A stretch of 64,000 nucleotides of DNA, from positions 6,696,001 to 6,760,000 of the forward strand of contig JBHGNT010000021.1 of the NCBI GenBank assembly GCA_043228905.1, in the 5' to 3' direction. Below are positions 1 through 11,759 of this stretch, piece by piece. The notes under the pieces are model-generated. The model did not search any database. It was given only the letters and a program-made list of their open reading frames with translations, and was not told the DNA's origin. How positions within the stretch are numbered: position 1 is the stretch's first letter; each line of letters opens with the position of its first letter. Position numbers and translations under genes: made by a program. The DNA is from Azolla caroliniana (taxonomy: Eukaryota; Plantae; Polypodiophyta).

Positions 1-761
1 TTTCCGGTTCAGTTCGGCGACAAAAGATCGGACAAAATCGACGCCGCGATATGGGAGGTGATGCACATGAAGACAACGGCATACATACGGTGCTTCATCG
101 ACATGAGCCTGTACAACAACTTCAATGAAGAGAGCAAGGCTCATGAGCTCTGGGAGAAGATCGGCATTATGTTCCAGAACAAAAATGATGTTAATCAAGT
201 TTCGGTATTCCGGAAGCTAGTAAGAATCCGGACCAAGATGGCTCCAGCATGGCGGAGCACATGAATGCCTTCCAAGGGCTGATCCACCAGGCAATATCAC
301 TGGAAGTACCTCTCGTTGATGAGGTACTAGCGCTACTCCTACTCGGTTCCCTCCCGGATAGCTGGGAGACGTTGGTTGTCACTTTGGGCAACGCCGGGCC
401 GGAAGGGAAATGGTTATCCCTAGCAAGAGTATAGTCGAGCTTGCTAGATGAGGAGGCGCGTCAGAAAGATAAAGATATGAGCTCCGACTCCAAAGCACTC
501 CTTACCAAATCAGAACGCAGAAGACATAGAAACCGTAGTCCCCAGAACCGGGAGAAGTCGGGGACACGGTCAAAGTCAAGGGGAAGGCCTACTTGCTTCT
601 AATGTGGCAAGCCGGGACACTTCCAAAAGAACTGTTGGCATTTCCGAAAAGACAAGGAAACCAACGGTACCGATTCGAAGCGGACCCCGGACCAGAACAG
701 TAAAGACCAGAGGGGGCCGGACCGGAAGGGAACGACGGCAATCGCAGCAAGTGAAGAAGAG

Positions 762-3700
762 TTGATGCTCATCACCGAGGAGAGTGAGATAAACCTTGCT
801 GGCGACGAGATGACCTGGGTGGTAGACTCCGGAGCGTCGTTCCACCTTACCCCAGACCGGAAATGCTTCTCATTCTACGCAGCCGATGATCACAGCTGTG
901 TCCGGATGGGGAATGAAGGTACATGCCGAATTGTCGGCATTGGAGACATGTGGCTGACAACACCAACCGGATGCAAGTTGCTGCTGAAGGATGTCCAACA
1001 CGTTTCGGAGGTTCGTCTGAACCTGATATCAGCCGGTCGGCTAGATGATGAAGGCTACATGGGTAGCATCCGGAACCGTGTCATGAAGTTCAGCAAAGGG
1101 AGCCTGATTGTGGCTCGGGCCCGTAAGGTAAACACATTGTACCTGATGAACGCCCGTTTATGTCCGGAAGAAGTGAACGTGGCATCCAACACTGTCGGTG
1201 AGCTGTGGCACAAGAGGTTGTGTCATATGAGCGAGAAGGGGATGAAGAGGCTTGCAGATGACAACCTCATTCCAGTGAAGAACGTGCACTTGGAGAAGTG
1301 CACTGATTGTCTGGCCGGTAAGCAAAACCGGACCTCCTTCCGATCAAGGCCACCGATGAGACGTAATGCACCACTGGAGTTGGTGCATACGGATGTGTGT
1401 CAAGTGGACACGAAGTCACATGCCGGAGCACAGTACTTCGTGACGTTCATAGATGACCACAGCTGGAAGCTGTGGGCCACACCATTGAAGACGAAGGATC
1501 AGGTGTTATCCGTCTTCAAAGAGCTCCACGCGAGAGTGGAAAGAGAAACCGGCCGGAAGCTAATGGCAGTTCGAGCAGATAACGGAGGAGAATACCGAGG
1601 GCAGTTCGAGGAGTACTGTCGTTCGAAGGGAATCCGGTTTGAATTTACCGTGCCGAAGACGCCGGAACTAAATGGACTGGCTGAGAGGATGAACCGGAGC
1701 ATAATGGAGGGGTCCGGAGTATGCTAGCACATGCCAAACTACCCAAGAAGTTTTGGGCTGAGGCACTGTCGACGGCGACATATGTTATAAATAGATCACC
1801 CTCAGTACCCTTGGACGGAGACACGCCACAGAGAGTGTGGACCGGTAAGGAAGTATCCTACCGGCATCTGAAGGTGTTCGGGTGTCTCGCGTACGCGCAT
1901 GTAGCTAAGGACCGGAGAGGAAAGTTAGATCCAAAGACCCGGCCATGCATATTCCTCGGTTACGGTGACGATGAGTTCGGCTACCGAGTGTGGGACCTGG
2001 TCGACAAGAAGGTATTCCGGAGTCGAGATATTATCTTCATGGAGGACAAGACGCTCGCCGACTGGGAGTCGGAGAAGAAGGTAATGAACTCTGAGTCGAC
2101 CGGTAAGGATTGACTCTACGATGAGCAAACCCAACCGACAAGAGACCGGTTAGCACTTGAGGGACCAGCCGGTTACGGTGAGGATACCGAACAGGCTGAA
2201 GAAGAAGTAGAGGAAGCTGAAACCGGAACCGGCCAAGACCCCGAATCGGATTCGGATGAAGAGCAAATGGAGGAGCCGGTTACCGAAGCCCGAAGACGGA
2301 GATATCCTCTCAGAGAGAGAAGGGCCCCTCGGAGATTTCCGGATGCAGAGCATGTTCTGCTGACCGATGAGGGGGAGCAGGAAAGCTTCGAAGAAGCGAA
2401 GGATGACACCCACAACCGCAAATGGTTAAGTGCCATGCAGGGCGAGATGGATTCCTTGCATAAGAACCATACGTACGAATTGGTGGAGTTGCCGAAAGGA
2501 AAGCGGGCACTCCGAAACAAGTGGGTGTACAAGTTGAAACCGGGAAATGCTGGCAACCCCATGAGATACAAAGCCAGGATTGTGGTGAAGGGGTTCCAGC
2601 AGAAGAAGGGCGTGGACTTCGACGAGATATTTGCCCCGGTAGTAAAGATGACCTCCATCCAAACAGTGCTGAGTATAGCGGCAAGCATGGACCTCGAGGT
2701 AGAGCAGCTAGACGTGAAGACAACATTCCTTCACGGTGACCTCGAAGAGGAGATCTACATGCAGCAACCGGAAGGATTCGTGGAGAAAGGGAAGGAGCAC
2801 CTGGTATGCCGGCTGAAGAAGAGCATGTACGGACTAAAGCAGGCTCCCCGTCAATGGTACTGGAAATTCGACTCCTTCATGGCCGATCAAGGGTACCACA
2901 AGACGCAGGCCGATCACTGCGTGTTTGTGAAGAAGTTTGAAGGAGGCGACTTCTTGATACTCCTTCTGTACGTGGATGACATGTTGATCGTCGAACGAGA
3001 CCAAGTCAAAATACGGATGCGGAAGAAGGCCCTCAACCGGACCTTCTCAATGAAAGACTTGGGTCCGGCAAGACAGATGTTGGGGATGCATATTATCCGG
3101 AACCGGTCAGTGAAGCAATTATGGCTGTCACAGGAAAAGTACGTGACAAAGGTGCTTCACCAGTTCAACATGTCAGATGCGAAACCGGTCGGATCGACAC
3201 TTCCGGCAAACTGCAGGCTATCCGGTAAGCAAAGCCCGAAGACGAAAGCAGAGAAGGCGGATATGATGAAGATTCCATATGCCTCTGTCGTCGGGACCTT
3301 GATGTACGCAATGGTGTGTACCCGACCGGATATAGGATACGCAATCGGAGTGGTGAGCCGGTTTATGAGCAATCCCGGCAAGGAGCACTGGAACGCGGTC
3401 AAATGGATACTCCGGTATTTGAAGGGCACTTCAAATATGTGTCTCCGATTCGGCTCCGGAAAACCTCAACTTGACGGTTTCACCGATTCGGACATGTCGG
3501 CTGATGTGGATACCAGCCGGTCTACATCCGGGTATGTAATGACATATGCAGGGGGAGCTGTTTCGTGGTAGTCGAGGCTGCAGAAGACGGTTGCATTGTC
3601 AACCACGGAGGCGGAGTACATGGCAGCTGTGGAAGCTGGCAAGGAAATCTTATGGATGAAGGACTTCATCGGAGAGCTCGGTATCTGGCAAGATGAATAC

Positions 3701-3960
3701 CGGCTCTATTGCGATAGTCAAAGTGCCATCCATCTTGCTAAGAATGCGGCCTACCATTCCCGGACAAAGCATCCCGGACAAAGCATATCCAGCGAAGATA
3801 TCACTGGATCCGGGAAAGAGTAGATGACCAGGAGTTCGCACTGACGAAGATCCACACGGCCGAGAACGGGTCAGATATGCTGACCAAAGTTCTAATACCC
3901 GACAAGTTGGATGCATGCCAGAAGAGGATCGGACTAGTAAGACACCCCATGCTGGAGTGA
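762..3960 (+). pseudogene. Copia pol (PR-INT-RT-RH) broken into ORFs 762-1727, 1721-2113, 2267-3571, 3596-3823
   Basis: Canonical copia motifs visible in the ORF track, interrupted by frameshifts and stops. Confidence 0.93.
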
Positions 3961-3970
3961 AGGGGGAGTT

Positions 3971-4775
3971 TGTTGGGAGACAGGTTCCTCCGGATGGGAA
4001 GGGAGAAGACTAGTGATGATAAGCAAACCGGATGAGTACCCGGCTACGGAGAGCCGGATGGTGCAGACCCGGTGAGAACCGGATGAGGAGTACCCGGCTA
4101 CGGAGAGCCGGATGGTTCAGACCCGGTGATAACCGGAGGAGGAGTACCTGGCTACGGAGAGCTGGATGGTGCAGACCCGGTGATAACCAAATGAGGAGTA
4201 CCCGGCTATGGAGAGCTGGATGGTGCAGACCCGGTGAGAACCGGATGATGAGTGCCCGGCAAGATCCAAATGATGCAGGCCTGGTGAGGAGCGCTCTCAG
4301 GATGAAGAGACATATTCGTAAATATGTTTCTGAGAGTCCATCGAGGCTATATTTGTAAATAGCCGAAAAGTCATATTAGTATAAATATGACTTAGGGAAA
4401 ACTTTTAGACAGAGTTGTTGTCATTCTCGTTGGTGCAAGGAGAGAGAGAGAGTGTGTAACTGTGTACAGAGAGAGAGAGAGAGAGAAAGAGGTCGTTGCC
4501 TCGGTTGTAACCGCTCCTGTGGCGAGGATCGTGAGCACGAGGTCGTTGCCTCCATGAACTCACAGTTGTACATTTTAACATAGTGATAGTTTGCAGCATG
4601 TGGGCTGCCGTGGTTTTTCCCCTTAGTTTGGGTTTTCCACGTAAACATCCTGCATACTCGTCTCTTCTTCGTGTCGTTCATTATTTCCCGTTTTATGTGT
4701 ATGATTCTAAGCTCGGTTGTGGCCGAGCGTCGTGTAGAAGGAGCGTTTTAGTTCCCGTCATTTCCGGCCACAATA
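3971..4775 (+). repeat. 3' LTR of copia #1, containing ~4 copies of a 54-bp tandem repeat (4027-4260)
   Basis: Starts TGTTGGG directly after the PPT; contains a TATAAAT box and a GTGGTTTTTCCC..GGGTTTTCCACGT motif; right end (CCACAATA) is approximate. Confidence 0.8.
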
Positions 4776-4912
4776 TCAGCATTCTGTCTCAGCCTTCCCT
4801 TGCCGGTTTCCGGTGCTACCATGACTCCCCCTGCTTGTGGAGGCTTCGGAACTATTGTCAGCATGTCGATTATGCCTCTTATTCTACTTTTGTCGACCAC
4901 CATCATTGCATG

Positions 4913-7900
4913 TAGCAATGGGCCCGGTTCGGTTTCGGTTTGGTTCGGTTTTTTGGCCTTGAAACCAAACCAAACCAACCCAAACCACTTATTAAGAAAA
5001 AAAACCCAACCAAACCGTTTGAACATTTTGAAGCCATTTAAACCAAACCATTTTGAACCGAACCGTTTAAACCAAACCATTTAAGAAGTATGAGAAACCA
5101 AACCATTTAAGCCAAACCGTTTAGGAACAATTTAGAACCAAACCAAAGCATTTACGAAAAACCAAAACCAAACCAAACCACTTTAAGAAAATGTAACGAA
5201 AGACATTGCAACATCTAAACCAAAACCAGAGATTCGTTAGACATAATAAAGAAAGTAGAGGTTAGATAAACATAAAAACAAAACCAAAGAAAAATAATAA
5301 TAAACAAAACGAATTAGAGAAAGAAAAACAGAAATTTAGACATTTGAAATGTTTTTTGAAGAAGAATACCATAATAAACAGAAATTTTCTGATAATAAAG
5401 TTTTGTGGAGAATGTATAGATAATATACAAAAAACTAAAAGTTTTTTGGAATGAAATCCTAGAGCTTATGACCAACAATCGATCATATACAATTCACGTC
5501 AGCATTTAAGTTTATATCCACCATTTACAACAAAGTCAAAAAAATATAAGAAAAATGTGAAAAACCTCTACATAAACTAATGTTCCTCTTTTAGTTTCCA
5601 ATGTTTATTTTCAGCTTGAATTACGGATTCCTGGAAGTATAAAATATGTAAAAGAAGTAATTAGTAATAAAATAATAAAATAAAATAATAAAAACAAATT
5701 CGTAAAAGTATGCACTAAGAAATTACAATGTCTTCGAGGATCTCCAATTGCAACTTGCATTTCATGGACTTGTGAAAAAGTATCATGATTCTTGTACCAT
5801 GTACATATAAAAAACATCAAATAAGTAAAAAACTAGTAATGAAAAATAAACTTAAAGAATGAATAAAAAGGTATGCACACCTTATCTCCCATGATTATCA
5901 CGTAACATGTAATCTATTACCTCGTCTTCACCAACAAGATCATCTAGATTAAATTTAAGTTCTTCATAAGCCATGTGAAAGTTATCTGTTATTTGAACAT
6001 CCGATTCTCGCAAAACTTGCATCCATGATCGAATACACATTTCGGCCTTGAATGTGCATGAATGTAGTTTGATCCTATCATCAAAGGTCATTTTTGTTGC
6101 TGAATTTGCCTCTTCTGCAAGTACTAATGATGTTGGTATAGCAAGGTAATCACATGCCATCCTATACAATTGTGGCATTGCAGATTTATTATCATGCCAC
6201 CATTGTAAAGGATCCTTGTCTGTGCTAGCTAAAGGAAGTCTTATGAACTGCTCAATTTCAGATCGTGAATCAGAAACAAGACTTTTATTGTGTACACCCA
6301 TTAACCTCCAAATTTTACAGTTATTATCAATAGGTTGTATTGTGGTTGAAGGTGGCTCAACACCACTCGAGAATGAGTGGTAATGGGACTCAATCATGCC
6401 TTCAACCAGCTTAATATCTAACTCTCTTTCGATATGGTCATTTGGAATAGGCAATCTATAAAGGAATGAAAAATATTATTAAACTCAAATAAAATATTAG
6501 AAAGCATGAAGACAATTGTAAAACTTAAAGGAAAGTATTACCTGGGATCAAGAAACATTGCAATGCGCGATGGAATAGACTTTAACGATTCTTGATACTT
6601 AATTAAATATTGTAAGCAGTTCTCAAACGCTTTTTGAAGCACCTCTTGTGTGAATCTAGATGATCCCGGAAAGGAAGAATCTAAAAACTGATTACAATGA
6701 TTAAGTAAACAATTATACACTTGTGATGCTAGTGATAATGTAGGATATCTTGATCCTCCTAGAAAGGTAGAAACCTCTACAGGTGTTTCTAACCATTCCT
6801 CCATAGCATGTATGTGACTCCAATCTTCTACGGTCAAGACATAACCATTGAAATCACTTGAGATTGTTAGATCTGAAATTGTAAGATTCAATATACCTCT
6901 ATCCTTAATAGCTTGCCTAAACATCTCCAAAGTAGAATTCCATCTTGTAACGACATCAAGCCTTGGAGGTTCCTTTTCACGATGTTCAACCATCTTAGCA
7001 TACTTCCTAAACACTTCCCTTCGAACCTTGCTAGATCTAATAGTTTGGAGCACTGTTCTCAACTTTTCCGTTGAGGGTGAGATAATCTCTAATGTTGACT
7101 TGATGCCCAATTGAAAAGTGTGCACCATACACCTTAACATGTGTGAGGGAGCTAAAATTTCCTTACCATGCTCATTTTGTAACAGCATGCTCAATTCCTT
7201 TGCAGCCATTGTGCATCACTAGCTCCATCAAAAATTGTAGCTAATAATCGACCTGAAATATTAAAAGATCCAAGTCGACAAAAGAAGGCATGTGCACAAC
7301 GTTTCCTTGATCCAGCACCTGGAAATACATGCACAAAATCCAATAGCATGGACCTTGATCTTGTTGTCTCATGACATGCCCAATGAAGTGTCACTAAGTA
7401 GAAGCCCTTTAGACTACTATTTGACCAACCATCAAAAGTAATAGAAAATCTTGATTGACTTTTTGATAACAAATCTATCACTTGATGGCGCAACACCACA
7501 TACATTTCTAAGATGGAACGTTTAATCGTGTGCCTTGTCTTCATCTGATATCTAGGTACAAGGTCGTGTACGAACTCTTTAAATGCATCTAATTCCACAT
7601 GTGCATGGGGCAAAGTTCCCTTGACAATATACCTCGTGACGAAAAATCAATTTTCTTCTCTAAAACACGAGATACTTTAGTAGAATCTATAGAAGATTGA
7701 ATAATCTTCGAAATACCTAAATTTTGATTTGGTTCGTCTGATAGATGATGTTTTTCCGTTAAATGCTTAGCTATAGTACCTGTGGATGTTTTTGAAGACC
7801 AACAAACATGACAATGATGGCATCGTCGTCGAGGTGTGCCATTATCCATATAAGATATGATGTGAGCATTTGTCCATGATGAACATTGCCTTTTTCTTGA

Positions 7901-10591
7901 CATGCTTGTTTGCCCATGGCTAACATTAATTGATGATGAGTCCATCGCTGCATGAGTTTGAGAAGATGATTCCATTTAATATTGTCCCTATAAAACATAA
8001 AAAAAGAAAGCATAGTTATGTATATAATACACATATTTTGTCCATAAGATAGTAACTACTATGACTATGACTCATATATGCATGGTTGCATCCTCTTATT
8101 AATAACAATAGTAAATAGCATTGTATGTACTGAGCAAATACAATGCAAACAAGTTAAAAAGCTCACAAAAACGAGTGTGCATTCAAATGTTAAAGTTAAG
8201 CCTATGAACTCACTCACAAAAACGAGTGTGCGTTCAAATGTCAAATACCTCTAGAGTGGTAATGGGGTTGCTAACCTCTACAAAATTGGCCCAATACTGG
8301 AATTGATCTATTAACCTCCAAAATTCCCATCTATGGCTAGTCACGAACCGCTCGCTATCCGATGCCTTGCTTAAATGGTCCCAAAAAATGGATGTAGTTT
8401 AACTTCTAGAAGGTCATCTATGGTCTAGAATAAAACCCCTTAAATACCCCAAGAGACACAGAACTCAAGCAGACCAATTCGGCTCTAAAGCCCCATCTAT
8501 GCCAAGTGTGTGGAATTGGGTTAACTCTAGAAATAAACTGGAATTGGGTTGAAAGATCTTTAAAAAACCATCTATGCCAGGTACACACCTTAAGATTCAT
8601 TGGCAAAACACGAAATTCAAAATTGCATAAGGGTTGAAATCTTGACAATGTAACATGGTAGGCAAGGTAATCTGATATGTTAGAGTGGGTTCAACTAGAA
8701 AACCCCTGTTATAGCAGACGACAAAATTGAGTTGAGCTCTAGTAACCCATCGATGTTATGAATGCCTGAGGAGTCTTCGATCAGTCTAATGTTCCAATGA
8801 ACGTGATTATCTAGGCAAATGATGCAACTTGATCTGTCTCTGGGACGCAACTGTAACCAAATTTGCCTAAAGGCCAGAGAGGAATGTGTCTATCCTCTTG
8901 GCCAAAACTGTGATGCCCTTCAACAACACCTAATCAGCTATAGCAGCCCATTTACACACATAGAACTAGGTAATCCTCTCCATGATGATCCAAATGGATT
9001 GTGAATGAATTGATTGCTTGATTAGAATTCACCTCAATTGATGATCCAAAGGATTGTGAATGAATTATTTGCTCAAATGTACTTGGTCTCGATGACAATC
9101 TAAAAAGATTGTGAACAAAGTTATTGGCCTCATTTACATTAAATTAATGCAACGAGGTACAGATATGGGACTCCGACTTATTCTAGGATGATGAATTTCT
9201 AGAGCTACTAAAAATGTCCTCCAATGGTGTTACACAAGCATCATCATCATTATGTAACACTTTTCGAGACTTACAGCAACTCTAGTTATTGCTGATGGAA
9301 TGTATTCAATGAATAGTAGAAGAGTTTTGTTTAGATCGTTTAACATAACCAGTCATCATCCAACTGAGTCACTTGTAAGAAAAACATGTAAACCTAAACA
9401 GTTTTTGATACAAAGAGGTAAGGTAAACTCCATGACTAAAATCCTTAAGACATTGCCTTTTCTTCATATAAATAAGGACACCAGCACCATTCTAATTGTA
9501 GGGCTTTCTGAATGAGCTCAAAGAGTTCCTTGCTTTCGTATCTGTCTAAGAGAAACCTGTACATGAACTTATTTATTGTAGGGTGTTGAATGATGGATTG
9601 ATCATCAGGCACCCATAAGGAACCCTGAGGACTAAATGCATTAAGTCCATCTAATGGATTAAAAAATCAAGTTCTCCTTGACAAAATTGCCAAATGGTTT
9701 GACTACAAGCTTTGGAAATAGAAATAATTATGACAAAACAAAATGAAGTTTTCTTCCATGGAGACTATCGCAGAAAGCATAGGATACTTGCAAGCGAAAC
9801 ATATGAATTATCCCTTAATTAATGACAACCATAGCAGTGGTCACCATTGCTGGATGATGATGGTAGCATCTATTTTCAATGACATTGTAACAAATCATTG
9901 GGTAAAATGCAGCAAACAATATGTAACGGAACTAGTTGTTGATCTTGAAAGTGGAAGAGAAGCCAATATATTTTCTACCAGTATCATCCTAGAAATTAAA
10001 CTAATGATTAGTGCATTATTTAGTAATCATGCAACAAACATGAAATCATGTGATGCTCCTTGATATCATGTGATGTACATACCCATCCACAATGAATGCA
10101 TGCATTCTGCTATACCAAAAACATTCAAAGGAAAGAGCATAGACATGTTCTGAGATATCATGGGAAGTATAGCAATACATACCTGTGTAACGTGTTATAG
10201 TAGATTGTAGACTGTAGTAGGAACTTTGAAGAGGACTAGGGAGTCAGGAGTCAGGAGTTAGGAGTTACGATGAGGACCGAGGTAGCGCAACAGAGAGTAT
10301 ACAGTCTGTGAAGGCGTGCAGAAAAGAGAGTCAAGAGGCAAGAGTCAATACTTAGAATTTAGGATTATTATTTTTAAATCTAAAAACCAAACCTTTAAAC
10401 CGAAACCGATAAACTGATAAGCCTTTAAACCGCTAAACCGCTAACTCCAAAAACCGAACCAAACCAAAACCGAACCGAATCGTATACTATGAAACCAAGC
10501 CAAACTAATTATTTAACTTTAAACCGATAAACCATTAAGCCATGGCTTAGCAGTTCAGTTTCGGTTCAAGCTGAAACCGGGCCCATTGCTA
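4913..10591 (-). mobile_element. hAT DNA transposon
   Basis: 17-bp TIRs TAGCAATGGGCCCGGTT / AACCGGGCCCATTGCTA; perfect 8-bp TSD ATTGCATG (4905-4912, 10592-10599); subterminal AAACCG/AAACCA arrays. Confidence 0.95.
5882..7975 (-). pseudogene. hAT (BED-finger) transposase, frameshifted
   Basis: BED finger (CHHCHVCW...IAKHLTEKHH), ITFDGWS, RCMVHTFQL, DVVTRWNST, AMFLDPR, and the hATC dimerisation domain (DPLQWW...MACDYLAIP). Frameshifts near 7600 and 7200; probable intron ~6460-6540. Confidence 0.9.
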
Positions 10592-11604
10592 ATTGCATGC
10601 TGATTCACCTCGTCCTCCACAAGCACAGGGCCGATCCACCTCCGTGTACAACATCTGGCTGTCCAATTGTATGCTCCTTGACACATCCTTGTGGTTCTCT
10701 GTGACCAAAAGCATTGATTGCAAGTCGAAAAACGTTGATAGCCGTCTGGAATGGCCGGTACCTCTAAGCTAGACCACCGAGGAAAATCAGTACCATCTCG
10801 TCCTGATCCACCGTCAAATTGATGGATCCCGGGGCATCGCAGATCTCTTTGATCTTGGTGATGTAGTCAGTCACCGTCATATCCCTTTGTCAGATATTGT
10901 TGAGCTCTTGACAGAGCTGCAACTTCCTGGTCGTGGTATTCGTGGTGAAAATCTTTTTCAAATTTTCCTAGGCCTCCTTGGGCGTCGTTGCATCTCGATT
11001 GTAGCCCAACATCTAATCGTGCACATAGGACACAAGGCAATACAAGACTCTACTTGCTCCTAACCAACTTCTCCGTCAAAAGGTCACCACCCATTCCTCT
11101 GTCCATTGTCCTCTTGTCTATACTTGTCCGGGGATTAGGGTTTGTCTATGTTGAACGCTTATTGGCAGCAGAGGATTCTCAACCCTCGCGCTTTGATACC
11201 ATGAAAAGATTAGCGTGCGGAAGCTAAAACAGACACAACCAGCTCAGGCGGATAGTAATAGAAAACATTGAGAAACAATGGAAGAACACACAGTACACGG
11301 AAGACACAAAGAGAGCAGAAGACTAAAAACTCAATTCACGAGAGAGACAGAGAGAACTTTTATACAAGTCCTTAAAGGACGGTCAAAAGTACTAACAAGT
11401 ACATCAATGCTCATAACTGAGCTATTGACACTAACTCCCAAAAATATAACTACCTACTAAACTAGGATCGTAGGCCTCTAACGGCCTACTGGCTCCCTGC
11501 GGATCCAACTCTCTGATTTGATCCGGCTCACCGATCGGTCTTCATCCAATCCGGCTCTCGGCTTGTTCAGCCGATCCAGCCCATGTTGAGCTTGCTTCTC
11601 AACA

Positions 11605-11726
11605 CCGGCAATCTAGTCGGAGTGGCCGATGCCAACAAAGCTTGTTCCACCCATTAGCATCCTCCCTAGTCCGAGACCCCGGTGGTCTCGCCCAAGCCGA
11701 TCCGCAAGCTGCGGATTTCTGCAACA
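11605..11726 (+). mobile_element. 3' end of an LTR related to the Trp-primed gypsy group
   Basis: CCCTAGTCCGAGACCCCGGTGGTCTCGCCCAAG...GCAACA resembles the LTR ends at 22690-22752 and 25965-26025. Confidence 0.6.
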
Positions 11727-11759
11727 ACGTGCTTGTGATAAATGATAGGTAAAGACTTC

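Larger units (their letters stand above)
1..4775 (+). mobile_element. Ty1/copia LTR retrotransposon #1, 5' part outside the window, degenerate
   Basis: Domain order is gag (UBN2-like LLLGSLPDSWE; zinc knuckle ~590-640), protease (WVVDSGAS), GAG-pre-integrase and integrase (HTDVC...DNGGEY...NGLAER), RT (YVDDML), RNase H (STTEAEY). Stops and frameshifts at ~433, ~600, ~1721, 2113, 3571 and a 14-bp duplication at ~3760-3787. PPT GAAGGGGGAG at 3959-3968. Confidence 0.95.
4776..11604 (-). mobile_element. Ty1/copia element #2 (5' LTR, PBS and decayed gag), interrupted by the hAT element and by copia #1
   Basis: LTR 11202-11604 (TGTTGAG...TTTTCA on minus). PBS TGGTATCAAAGC (tRNA-iMet type) at 11190-11201. 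Minus-strand gag remnant at 10600-11010 (ENLKKIF...LQLCQELNNI...VTDYITKIKEICD) continues at 4776-4912. Confidence 0.8.

Noticed and set aside
4032-4358. 108-aa ORF with 18-aa repeats
   Set aside because: Translation of the 54-bp LTR tandem repeat; no coding evidence
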